The position numbers and the translations under genes are program-made. From NCBI GenBank assembly GCA_900318115.1, contig ONJJ01000021.1, forward strand, positions 8,773 to 72,772: a stretch of DNA of 64,000 nt, in the 5' to 3' direction. The DNA comes from an uncultured Prevotellaceae bacterium. Lineage in GTDB: Bacteria > Bacteroidota > Bacteroidia > Bacteroidales > Bacteroidaceae. Numbering within the stretch: position 1 is the stretch's first letter; the number at the start of each line of letters is the position of its first letter. Of this stretch, positions 34,501 through 42,997 are shown piece after piece. The notes under the pieces are model-generated. The model was not told the DNA's origin, did no database searches, and was given only the letters and a program-made list of their open reading frames with translations.

Positions 34501-34860
34501 GGCTTCCACTGAAGTACCGAGCACTTCCACACCGTACTCCTGCAGCGTTCCATTCAGATAGAGCTCCGTGCCGCAGTTCAGCGCGGTCTGTCCGCCAAAG
34601 GCAAGCAGGATGCCGTCGGGGCGCTCTTTCTTGATGATTTCAGTTACAAAATAGGGCGTCACCGGTTGGAAATAAACTTTGTCGGCGATGCCCTCTGACG
34701 TTTGGATTGTGGCGATGTTTGGGTTGACGAGAACGCTCTGGATTCCTTCTTCACGCAGAGCCTTCAAGGCTTGGGAGCCCGAGTAGTCGAACTCGCCCGC
34801 CTGCCCGATTTTCAAGGCACCGCTGCCAAGCACCAGCACCTTCTTCAATGTCTTTTTCAT
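31582..34860 (-). CDS. carB: Carbamoyl-phosphate synthase large subunit
   Basis: 1092 aa. N-terminus [50 protein letters not shown]. A second ATP-grasp repeat begins ..[24 protein letters not shown]... C-terminal MGS-like domain. Confidence 0.95.
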   Translation of the reverse strand: [1092 protein letters not shown]

Positions 34861-34905
34861 GCTGCAAAAGTATTAATAATGGGGGGTCGATGTTTATTTC
34901 GGCTG

Positions 34906-34913
34906 CAAATATA
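34906..34913 (-). promoter_or_regulatory. Candidate -7 promoter box (TATATTTG) for carB
   Basis: Minus-strand TATATTTG, 46 nt upstream of ATG 34860. A second match, TACTTTTG (34865-34872), lies right at the ATG. Confidence 0.35.
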
Positions 34914-35071
34914 CGGAAAAGTTGAAAGTTTGATGAGGAAAGAAGAAAGTTTTTGTGAAGTTCGCTTTCTTTTCTTGATATATTTTGCCTTTTGGACATC
35001 AAAATGTCATCAAATGCCAGACGTTTTTCATTTTTCACTTTCCTTTTTTCACTTTTCAGGTCCCAATTGTG

Positions 35072-35079
35072 TACCTTTG
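35072..35079 (+). promoter_or_regulatory. Candidate -7 promoter box (TACCTTTG) for mutS2
   Basis: TACCTTTG, 23 nt upstream of ATG 35102. Confidence 0.45.
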
Positions 35080-35101
35080 CAGGCGCAAAAACAAGAATAC
35101 A

Positions 35102-37660
35102 ATGATCTACCCGCATACGTACGAAGATAAAATAGGAATGACGGAGATCCGCGCCCTGCTGCGCAGCCACTGTCTCAGCCCTCTGGGTCAGCAGCGCGTG
35201 GAGGAGATGTCGTTCCAGACGGACGGAGCCCTGCTGCGTGAACTGCATCAGCAGGTGGGCGAGTTCGCACGCCTGATGGCGGAGACCGACACGTTCCCCG
35301 ACCAGGGCTACTACGACCTCCGCCCCACCCTGCGCCGCATACGCATCGAAGGGACCTACATCGAGGTGGAAGAGATGTTCTCGCTGAAGCGCTCGCTGGA
35401 GGCTATCGCAAGCATCATCACACTGCTCAGTCGCACCGAAGAGGACACCCTGCCCTACCCTGCCCTGACGCGCATGGTGGGAGGAGCAATGGCCTTCCCT
35501 CAAGTTACCAGGCGTATCAATTACATCCTCGACAAATTCGGCCACGTGAAGGACACCGCCTCACCCGAGCTGGCACGCATCCGCCATGAGCTGGCCAGCA
35601 CAGAGGGAAGCATCAGCCGCATACTGAACAATATATTAAGGAACGCGCAGGCGGAAGGAACCGTGGCACAGGACGTGGCACCCACCGTGCGCGACGGTCG
35701 CCTGGTCATCCCCGTGGCACCTGCCCTGAAACGTAAGCTGAAAGGTATCGTACATGACGAGAGCGCCACGGGACGCACCGTGTTCATCGAACCACAGGAG
35801 GTGGTGGAGGCCAACAACCGCATCCGCGAGCTGGAGGCCGACGAACGCCGGGAAGTCATCCGCATCCTGCGCGAGTTCACCGACGAACTGCGCCCGCTGG
35901 CACCCAGCCTGCTGCAGAGCTATGAGATGCTGGCCGACGTAGAGTTCGTGCGTGCCAAGGCTCATCTGGCACAACAACTTGGTGCCTTCACCACCACGGA
36001 ACCGCAGATTGCCGATGCCCCGCTGATAGACTGGACGCTGGCCGTGCACCCGCTGCTGCAACGCTCCCTGGCCAAGCACGGAAAGAAGGTGGTTCCGCTG
36101 GAGATTGAGCTGACGCGCCGCCAGCGTATCCTGCTCATATCCGGCCCCAATGCCGGAGGCAAGTCGGTGTGCCTGAAGACCGTAGGTCTGCTGCAATACA
36201 TGCTACAGTGCGGACTGCCCATCAGCGTAGGCGAACGCTCGCGACTGGGTATCTTCCAGAGCATCATGATAGACATCGGCGATGAGCAGAGCCTTGAAGA
36301 TGAACTTTCAACATACAGCTCTCATCTACTGAATATGAAGCAGATGATGCGCGCAGCAGACCCAGCAACGCTGTTGCTCATCGATGAGTTCGGCGGTGGC
36401 ACGGAACCTCAGATAGGCGGTGCCATTGCCGAGGCAGTGCTGAAGCGATTCGTACAGAGAGGTGCCTTCGGAATCATCACCACGCACTACCAAAATCTGA
36501 AGCACTTTGCCGACGAGACAGACGGAGTGGTCAACGGAGCCATGCTCTATGACCGCCACCTGATGCAAGCTCTGTTCCAGCTGCAAATCGGGCAGCCCGG
36601 CAGCAGCTTTGCCGTGGAGATAGCCCGCAAGATAGGGTTGCCGGAGGAAGTCATCAGCGATGCCTCCGACATCGTCGGACGCGACTATATCAACGCGGAC
36701 AAATGGCTGCAGGACATCGTGCGCGACAAGCGCTATTGGGAACAGAAGCGGCAAAACATCCATGGTCGTGAGAAACAGATGGAGCAGACCATCAGCAAGT
36801 ACGAGGAAGAGATGGCCGAACTGCAGCGCCAGCGCAAGGAAATCATCCGCAAGGCCAAGGAGGAGGCCGAGCAGCTGGTGCAGGAAGCCAACGCACGCAT
36901 CGAACGAACCATACGCGAGATCCGCGAGGCACAAGCCGAGAAGGAAGCTACACGCCGCGCCCGCCAGCAGCTGGACACCTTCCGCATTCAGGAGGTGGAA
37001 AGTCAGCAAGGAGAGCACGACGAGGAAATAGAGCGCAAGATGGAGAAGATCCGGAGAAGACAGGAGAGGAAGAATAAGAAAACCACTACCGATCCCTCCC
37101 GCCAGGGAGGAGAGACCTCCGGGGCGTCTGCTTCCACGAATGCCTCCAACACTGCGCAGCTTCTCCCCTCCCTGACGGGAGAGGGCGGTAGCGGATCCGC
37201 CGGGCCTTCATATGTCCGCATCAAAGGCCAGACCTCCGTGGGACGTCTGCTGAGCATCGACGGAAAGACAGCCACGGTGCTCTTCGGGCAGATGCGCACT
37301 CAGGTGAAGGTGGACCGCCTCGTGCCCGCGCGCGAACCTAAGAAAGAAGAAACGCGCGCGAGCGTGAGCTTCCTCGGCCGCGAGACCCAGAATGCCATGC
37401 GCGAGAAACAACTGCACTTCCAGCAGGACATCGACGTACGCGGAATGCGAGGCGACGAGGCACTGAACGCCGTACAGCACTTCATCGATGATGCCACACA
37501 AGTGGGCATGGCGCGCGTACGCATCCTCCACGGCACAGGCACGGGCATCCTGCGCCAACTCATACGCCAATACCTGCGCACAGTGCCGTCGGTCACCGAT
37601 GCGCGAGACGAACACGTGCAGTTCGGAGGAGCAGGAATCACGGTGGTGGATCTGGCATAA
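35102..37660 (+). CDS. mutS2: Endonuclease MutS2 (MutS domain V ATPase + coiled coil + Smr domain)
   Basis: Start set at ATG 35102 (MIYPHTYEDKIGM..) after the promoter box; the track start 34985 lies in the AT-rich intergenic region. Walker A GPNAGGKS. Lys/Glu-rich coiled coil. C-terminal Smr ..DIDVRGMRGDEALNAVQHFIDDA..VRILHGTGTGILR... Confidence 0.9.
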   Translation: MIYPHTYEDKIGMTEIRALLRSHCLSPLGQQRVEEMSFQTDGALLRELHQQVGEFARLMAETDTFPDQGYYDLRPTLRRIRIEGTYIEVEEMFSLKRSLEAIASIITLLSRTEEDTLPYPALTRMVGGAMAFPQVTRRINYILDKFGHVKDTASPELARIRHELASTEGSISRILNNILRNAQAEGTVAQDVAPTVRDGRLVIPVAPALKRKLKGIVHDESATGRTVFIEPQEVVEANNRIRELEADERREVIRILREFTDELRPLAPSLLQSYEMLADVEFVRAKAHLAQQLGAFTTTEPQIADAPLIDWTLAVHPLLQRSLAKHGKKVVPLEIELTRRQRILLISGPNAGGKSVCLKTVGLLQYMLQCGLPISVGERSRLGIFQSIMIDIGDEQSLEDELSTYSSHLLNMKQMMRAADPATLLLIDEFGGGTEPQIGGAIAEAVLKRFVQRGAFGIITTHYQNLKHFADETDGVVNGAMLYDRHLMQALFQLQIGQPGSSFAVEIARKIGLPEEVISDASDIVGRDYINADKWLQDIVRDKRYWEQKRQNIHGREKQMEQTISKYEEEMAELQRQRKEIIRKAKEEAEQLVQEANARIERTIREIREAQAEKEATRRARQQLDTFRIQEVESQQGEHDEEIERKMEKIRRRQERKNKKTTTDPSRQGGETSGASASTNASNTAQLLPSLTGEGGSGSAGPSYVRIKGQTSVGRLLSIDGKTATVLFGQMRTQVKVDRLVPAREPKKEETRASVSFLGRETQNAMREKQLHFQQDIDVRGMRGDEALNAVQHFIDDATQVGMARVRILHGTGTGILRQLIRQYLRTVPSVTDARDEHVQFGGAGITVVDLA
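37094..37188. repeat. Two degenerate palindromic units inside mutS2, read through in frame
   Basis: CCCTCCCGCCAGGGAGGAGAGAC (37094-37116) and CTTCTCCCCTCCCTGACGGGAGAGGGCGG (37160-37188), encoding DPSRQGGET and LLPSLTGEGG. Confidence 0.6.
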
Positions 37661-37749
37661 CTTGTTAAAGAACGCTAAATATCGGGGCTGAATGTAATGA
37701 TTCGGCTCCGATACGTGTATATGAGAATAGCAAGCAATCGAAAGACCAC

Positions 37750-38337
37750 GTGAGCTCAACCAGCGGAAACACCATACAACCCGGAGCAAGTCAGCGCCGT
37801 ATAGTAGAGAACCTCCGTCGAGGAGAGGCCGCTGCCCAGAAACAATTCCTGCGGCAGTACGCGCCGGGTGTCTTCCAACTTGTGGTCCGCATCGTGGGCA
37901 ATCAGCAGGACGCAGAGGAACTGACACAGGACACCCTGCTGCGGGCCATCCACAATATTGAGCGCTTCGACTCTGACCAAGCCACCCTCGCCACCTGGGT
38001 GCATCGTATCGCCTACCGACTGGCTATCAACCACCAGCGCGATCATCGCCGCACCACCGTCTATATCGAGGAACTGCCTGAGAGTGCCATACCATCGGAC
38101 GCAGAACTCAGCGCATTCTTCAGCAAAGACACCAGCGACCGAGTGGAACAGCTACTGCAAGCCCTGGACCACCTACCGCCCGATGAGCAGACGCTGGTGA
38201 ACCTCTTCTACTACGACGACCTGCCCCTGCGCGACATCGCCTACATCGTAGAGGCACCACCTGGCACCATCGCCACACGCCTCCACAGAATCAGACAAAA
38301 ACTCTATCACCTCATCCAAAAGAATCCACTACAATGA
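37750..38337 (+). CDS. ECF-type RNA polymerase sigma-70 family factor
   Basis: Region 2 ..DAEELTQDTLLRAIHNIERFD..ATWVHRIAYRLAINHQRD... Region 4 ..LPPDEQTLVNLFYYDDLPLRDIAYIVEAPPGTIATRLHRIRQKL... GTG start as in the track (uncertain). Confidence 0.85.
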   Translation: MSSTSGNTIQPGASQRRIVENLRRGEAAAQKQFLRQYAPGVFQLVVRIVGNQQDAEELTQDTLLRAIHNIERFDSDQATLATWVHRIAYRLAINHQRDHRRTTVYIEELPESAIPSDAELSAFFSKDTSDRVEQLLQALDHLPPDEQTLVNLFYYDDLPLRDIAYIVEAPPGTIATRLHRIRQKLYHLIQKNPLQ

Positions 38338-39809
38338 AACCCCAAGAGCACATTTCCCCCGAAAGCTGGCGCCACGAAGACGCCGCCCTACGGCGTGCCC
38401 TGCAGCAACGGAACAATGCACTTCCACAGCTGCCCGAGGGTTTCGCCGACCAAATTCAGACTCAGCTGTCCGAAAGTGTGCAAGCTCTGCAGTCCGAAAG
38501 TGTCCAGACTCAGCTGCCTGCACAGCCTGCAGCAGACTCCTCCAAGCATTCACACCGTCTGTTGCTCTGGCCCATGATAGCTGCTGCCGTGGTCATCATC
38601 GCCCTATTCATCAACCTCCCCAGCCTCATCCACGAGCAACCGGAGCATGATGAATTAGTTCAAGCACCTGAACGCCCTGTTATCCACTCAACTCAAGAGT
38701 TCCCGACCCAAGCGCCCAACCGCCCATCAATCACCCATACTCCTGAGCGCCCCTTAATTGCCCAAACAACTAACCGCTCATCATCAATCACCGCCACCCC
38801 GCAGTCAGGAACCACCGCAGCCCCGCAGTCAGGAACCACCGCCACCCCGCACTCAGGAACCTCCGCCACTCCGCAATCAGAAAACGCCCCCCTGCCTGAA
38901 TCCATCTCCACCCCTGTCGTCGGCGGTTCGTCCGCCGACACCCCCGCCGACACCCCCGCCAACAATCCCCCCACCTCCACCATCTCCTCCCCCACATCCC
39001 CCTCTCCCTCCATCACCGCCCCCACCTCCCCTCTGAACCTCCACATCACCCTCACCTTCTCCCCTACTGCCGCCGGCACCGATCTCGCCCTCAACGACAC
39101 CTACAACCACTCTGCTTCCCCCTCCTACGAAAATCCCGCCACAACGTCTGCCGACACATATCATTCCTACGACGACAAATACTACATCCCCGCAGGCGAG
39201 GGCTACACCTACGCCGAGCAATCTTCCGCCAGCAGTAGCGACCATTCCGGAAACACTCGCTCTGCCCCAATCCGCCACATCGAAAAAGCCGAAGCTCTCA
39301 ACAAGAGCAAACACAGCCTACCCTTCACCGCCTCGCTGATGGTCAACCTCCCCCTCACGAAGCGACTTGCTCTCGAGACCGGACTGAGCTACTCACTCCT
39401 ACGCTCCACCTTCGACCAAGGCAACGTCACCTTCTATCAGCACACCCAGCAGACGCTGCACTACCTTGGGCTGCCCCTGCACCTCCACTATAACTTCATC
39501 AGCCACTACCGCTGGCGCCTCTACGGATTGGCTGGCCTACAAGTGGATTTCCCCGTCAGCACCACAGCTGAAATCACCCGCCAGGCACCCTACGGCAGCA
39601 GTACTCCCACCACCGAACACCTTTCGGCTCCGGTGCAGTTCGCCCCCGTCATAGGACTGGGCGCACAGCTGAACCTCAGCCGGCACGCTGCCCTCTTCGT
39701 CCAACCGTCCTTGCAATGGTATATCCACACAGGCAGTTCCATCAAGACCTACCGCAGCGAACACCCACTGACCTTCGCCATCCCCTTTGGATTCCGATGG
39801 ACCCTCTGA
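38334..39809 (+). CDS. Membrane-anchored putative anti-sigma protein with long Pro/Thr/Ser linker and C-terminal outer-membrane beta-barrel domain
   Basis: The start overlaps the sigma stop (ATGA). ~75-residue N-terminal cytoplasmic segment. TM helix LLLWPMIAAAVVIIALFINL. ~230 low-complexity residues including 8-aa tandem repeats (PQSGTTAA). C-terminal ~170 residues with porin-like strands (..LALETGLSYSLL.., ..LYGLAGLQVDF.., ..FAIPFGFRWTL). Confidence 0.75.
   Translation: MKPQEHISPESWRHEDAALRRALQQRNNALPQLPEGFADQIQTQLSESVQALQSESVQTQLPAQPAADSSKHSHRLLLWPMIAAAVVIIALFINLPSLIHEQPEHDELVQAPERPVIHSTQEFPTQAPNRPSITHTPERPLIAQTTNRSSSITATPQSGTTAAPQSGTTATPHSGTSATPQSENAPLPESISTPVVGGSSADTPADTPANNPPTSTISSPTSPSPSITAPTSPLNLHITLTFSPTAAGTDLALNDTYNHSASPSYENPATTSADTYHSYDDKYYIPAGEGYTYAEQSSASSSDHSGNTRSAPIRHIEKAEALNKSKHSLPFTASLMVNLPLTKRLALETGLSYSLLRSTFDQGNVTFYQHTQQTLHYLGLPLHLHYNFISHYRWRLYGLAGLQVDFPVSTTAEITRQAPYGSSTPTTEHLSAPVQFAPVIGLGAQLNLSRHAALFVQPSLQWYIHTGSSIKTYRSEHPLTFAIPFGFRWTL
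38797..38882 (+). repeat. 24-bp coding tandem repeat, about 3.5 copies
   Basis: CCCCGCAGTCAGGAACCACCGCAG repeated with few substitutions, encoding PQSGTTAA/PQSGTTAT/PHSGTSAT/PQSE. Confidence 0.8.
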
Positions 39810-39841
39810 AAAGAACATAAAAAATCAACATACAAAACGTC

Positions 39842-41659
39842 ATGAAACAGTTTTCCAAAACCATCTGGCCGCTGTTATGCGGCGTGGCCCTCCTCACGGC
39901 CTCCAGCTGCAGCATTGAGAAAGAAGAACCCGAGCTCATTATTGATCCCGTGGTGGATCCTATCCCCCTTGACTACTCCCCCCTGGTGATCAGCGTTCAA
40001 GTCCTTTCGCCACAAGGCCATAGCATCTTGCCCTTCACCAACCTTATCGGCACCTTCGCAGAATTCCGCGGTCAGCGCTACTATTGCAATGTACCTCCCG
40101 AATCATCGCGCTCATATCTACCCAACTTCTACGGCTTGAAGATGCAGAACGACTACCTGCTCTTTGGTGAGTTGGATGGTAACACAGAATTCAAGAACGA
40201 GCAAGTTGTGATTCACTGGGGAAACGATGCCATCAAGAACGACACTATCATCTTCAGCCGCACGTTTGGCAGCAAGGGAGCAGTGAATGACTATTGGATT
40301 AACGGAATCCAAGTCCATCATCTTCAACCTGGTACGGCTGTTACTACACTGTACGTATTGACTACGGAAAGGGCCGCAAGCAGAGGGCAAATGGTTCTAT
40401 TCAAAGACCTCGCCTCCCTGAACAACGCCAACCTGACGTCCACAAATCCCATCTCTCTAACGGATGAATTAAAACAGTGCAGCTTCCTTAACAATTATTT
40501 TCAAATAAACCTTTTGCACGCCATGCTTTCCTCGGAAACCAAGAGCATCGTAACTTCACCACTCAGCGTTGCTTACTTGCTCGCAATGATTGCCAGTGGA
40601 TGTGGTACCGATAGGAACAGCCCTGTGCAACCGGCTGAGGAGATACTTATTGCATTGGAAGGAAATTGGCATCCAACCTCTTATTCCTCCCTCAATGGAC
40701 TGCAATTTAGGGAAACGCCCATGAATAAACTCCTGGAGACCGTTATTGAACAAGCAAACAATTGTGACCCCAGGGTGGATTTCTCCATCGCTAACGCCTT
40801 CTTCGCACAAAAAGGATTTGATCTTTACAGCGGATACGTGAATTACATTGCCGAAGCCTACCACGCGGACTATGGCCTGCTGGATTTCACATCACCATCA
40901 GCACTGGAAGCCATCAATGCATGGAGCAACCAGAAGACCAAAGGATTAGTCCCAAAGATTCTGGACGAAGTGAGTCCCATGGCGGTAGCTTACCTACTGA
41001 ATTCCATTTACTTCCGAGCACCATGGGCACTACCATTTAATAAGGACAATACAAAACCGGGAAACTTCACTTGCGCAGACGGCACCCAAACCCAAGTTCA
41101 AATGATGCACCAAGAAAACGCACTGTTGTACTTATCAGACAACCGCAAGGAGTTGGTGCAACTTCCATTAGCCAACGGCGCTTTTAATATGACAATTGTA
41201 CTCCCCAAGGAAGAATGGTCAGTAGAACAACTTATTAAGGATGGTATAGGAACGGATCTCGTTCACATCCTCCATAACTTTGACACAAACCAGCAACGAG
41301 TCCCTGTTGATTTGTACCTACCACGTTTCAGCATCGAGACAACGAACGACCTACTGATAGAACAACTTCAGAGCCTCGGCATTAAAAGTATCTTCGCCCC
41401 CGAAAAAGCCAATCTCACGGAAATCTCACCGAAAGAACTTTATGTTTCAAATATGATTCAGAAAGCCCGCATCAAGGTGGACGAAGAAGGCTGTGAGGCC
41501 GCAGCAACAAGCCAAGCTGAACTCATAACTACAGATACTGGAGAAGACCCTGACCCTGTTTCTCCCATCGTCTTCCGAGCCGACCACCCCTTCCTCTACT
41601 TCATTACCGAACGTTCCTCGGGCCTGATTTTCTTTGCCGGGACTTACTGCGGCGACTGA
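39842..41659 (+). CDS. Surface lipoprotein serpin (serine protease inhibitor) with ~190-aa N-terminal extra domain
   Basis: Lipobox ..ALLTASSC followed by the acidic run SIEKEEPE. Serpin core from ..SPLSVAYLLAMIASG... Hinge and reactive-centre loop ..KVDEEGCEAAATSQAELITTDTGEDPDPVSPIVFRADHPFLYFI... Confidence 0.85.
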   Translation: MKQFSKTIWPLLCGVALLTASSCSIEKEEPELIIDPVVDPIPLDYSPLVISVQVLSPQGHSILPFTNLIGTFAEFRGQRYYCNVPPESSRSYLPNFYGLKMQNDYLLFGELDGNTEFKNEQVVIHWGNDAIKNDTIIFSRTFGSKGAVNDYWINGIQVHHLQPGTAVTTLYVLTTERAASRGQMVLFKDLASLNNANLTSTNPISLTDELKQCSFLNNYFQINLLHAMLSSETKSIVTSPLSVAYLLAMIASGCGTDRNSPVQPAEEILIALEGNWHPTSYSSLNGLQFRETPMNKLLETVIEQANNCDPRVDFSIANAFFAQKGFDLYSGYVNYIAEAYHADYGLLDFTSPSALEAINAWSNQKTKGLVPKILDEVSPMAVAYLLNSIYFRAPWALPFNKDNTKPGNFTCADGTQTQVQMMHQENALLYLSDNRKELVQLPLANGAFNMTIVLPKEEWSVEQLIKDGIGTDLVHILHNFDTNQQRVPVDLYLPRFSIETTNDLLIEQLQSLGIKSIFAPEKANLTEISPKELYVSNMIQKARIKVDEEGCEAAATSQAELITTDTGEDPDPVSPIVFRADHPFLYFITERSSGLIFFAGTYCGD

Positions 41660-41788
41660 ACAAGCAACTCGATCCACTAATCATTCACACAGCACCTTTT
41701 TCTTAGAATACTCTCGCTCGGGTGTCGTCGCGTTGAACGCGGCGGCACCCATTTCTTTCATCCAAAAAGGAAGAGCTCACCGCCGCTC

Positions 41789-42997
41789 TCAGCCTTGGCT
41801 GCCGACCTCCTTCACTGCTGTGCACAACCGCTCCATCGCCTGCTGCAACATTGCACGCGGACTGCCGATGTTCAGTCGCATGAAGCCACGACCCTCCGCC
41901 CCGAACATTCCCCCTTCGTTCAGCGCCAACCGAGCACGGTTCACAAAGAGGTCGATGAGTGCCTCGTGGCTGAGTCCCAGGCCACGACAATCCAGCCAGA
42001 TGATGAACGAAGCCTGGGGACGCAGGGGATGAATCATGGGCAGATGGCGCACGCAATAGTCTTCCACGAAACGGACGTTGTCCTCCAGGTAGCCGATGAG
42101 CTGCCTGCGCCACACCTCGCCCTCCTCGCTGAAGGCAGCTATGGTGGCAATGGGCGCAAAGAGTGTGGGGTCAGCCAGCTCGCTGGCGTTCATCCAACTG
42201 AAGAAACGTTGGCGCAGCTGTGGATTGGGCACCACCGCATAGGAACTGACCACGCCCGCGATGTTGAACGTCTTGGAGGGAGCGCTGAAGGTGATGCTGC
42301 ACTGGGCAGCAGCCTCCGAGACCGAGGCAAAGGGGATGTGTCGATGACCGAAGAGCGCCATATCGCAGTGTATCTCATCGCTGATAACCAGCACATCGTT
42401 GGCAGCACAGATGTCTGCCACACGTCGTAGCGTCTCGGCATCCCACGTCAGACCTGCGGGATTATGGGGATTGGCGAGGATGAACAGTCGGTTGCGCGGG
42501 TCGCGCGCCAGCGCTTCCAGCCCCTCGAAATCCATCGCATAGCCCGTCAGCCGGCCCTCATCGTCATGTTGTTCTATGAGCGGATTCATCACGACCTCGC
42601 GTCCATTGTCCTGCGGCACGAGGCGGAAGGGATGATAGACAGGGGGCTGGATGATGACGCGCTCGTCCTGACCGACAAACGCATGGACAACCATGCCGAT
42701 ACCTTTCACGATACCTGGAATGAAAGCCAGCCAGTCGCGCTCCACCTGCCAGCCGTGGCGGTAGCGCAACCAACGCTGAATGCTGCTCCACAGTTCTTCG
42801 GGCACCACGGTGTAGCCCAGGATGGGATGTTCCAGCCGGCGCCGCAGGGCGTCGATGATGAAAGGTGGTGTGGCGAACTCCATATCTGCCACCCACAAAG
42901 GCAGCAAGTCGTCACGTCCGAAGAACTCCTTCAGTTTGCTATGTTTCACGTCGCCACTGCCTGTGCGGTCGATGATGCGGTCGAAGTCGTATGTCAT
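41789..42997 (-). CDS. PLP-dependent C-S lyase / aminotransferase of the PatB/MalY family
   Basis: 402 aa. N-terminus MTYDFDRIIDRTGSGDVKHSKL..LLPLWVADMEFATPPFIIDAL.. is typical of MalY/PatB cystathionine beta-lyases. PLP-lysine region ..ITFSAPSKTFNIAG... Confidence 0.8.
   Translation of the reverse strand: MTYDFDRIIDRTGSGDVKHSKLKEFFGRDDLLPLWVADMEFATPPFIIDALRRRLEHPILGYTVVPEELWSSIQRWLRYRHGWQVERDWLAFIPGIVKGIGMVVHAFVGQDERVIIQPPVYHPFRLVPQDNGREVVMNPLIEQHDDEGRLTGYAMDFEGLEALARDPRNRLFILANPHNPAGLTWDAETLRRVADICAANDVLVISDEIHCDMALFGHRHIPFASVSEAAAQCSITFSAPSKTFNIAGVVSSYAVVPNPQLRQRFFSWMNASELADPTLFAPIATIAAFSEEGEVWRRQLIGYLEDNVRFVEDYCVRHLPMIHPLRPQASFIIWLDCRGLGLSHEALIDLFVNRARLALNEGGMFGAEGRGFMRLNIGSPRAMLQQAMERLCTAVKEVGSQG

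Noticed and set aside
31693-34512. + strand ORFs 31693..32718 and 33136..34512
   Set aside because: They are antisense shadows of carB, whose minus-strand translation is unmistakable.
34751-35545. 264-aa minus-strand ORF spanning the carB/mutS2 intergenic region
   Set aside because: It overlaps the 5' ends of both well-supported genes, crosses an AT-rich promoter region, and has no domain-like sequence.
38693-39314. Minus-strand ORFs 38693..39100, 38788..38997 and 38877..39314, and + strand frame-shifted ORF 38758..39036
   Set aside because: They are Gly/Arg/Trp-rich or Pro-rich products of the low-complexity PT-rich linker of gene 38334..39809 read in other frames. They have no independent support.
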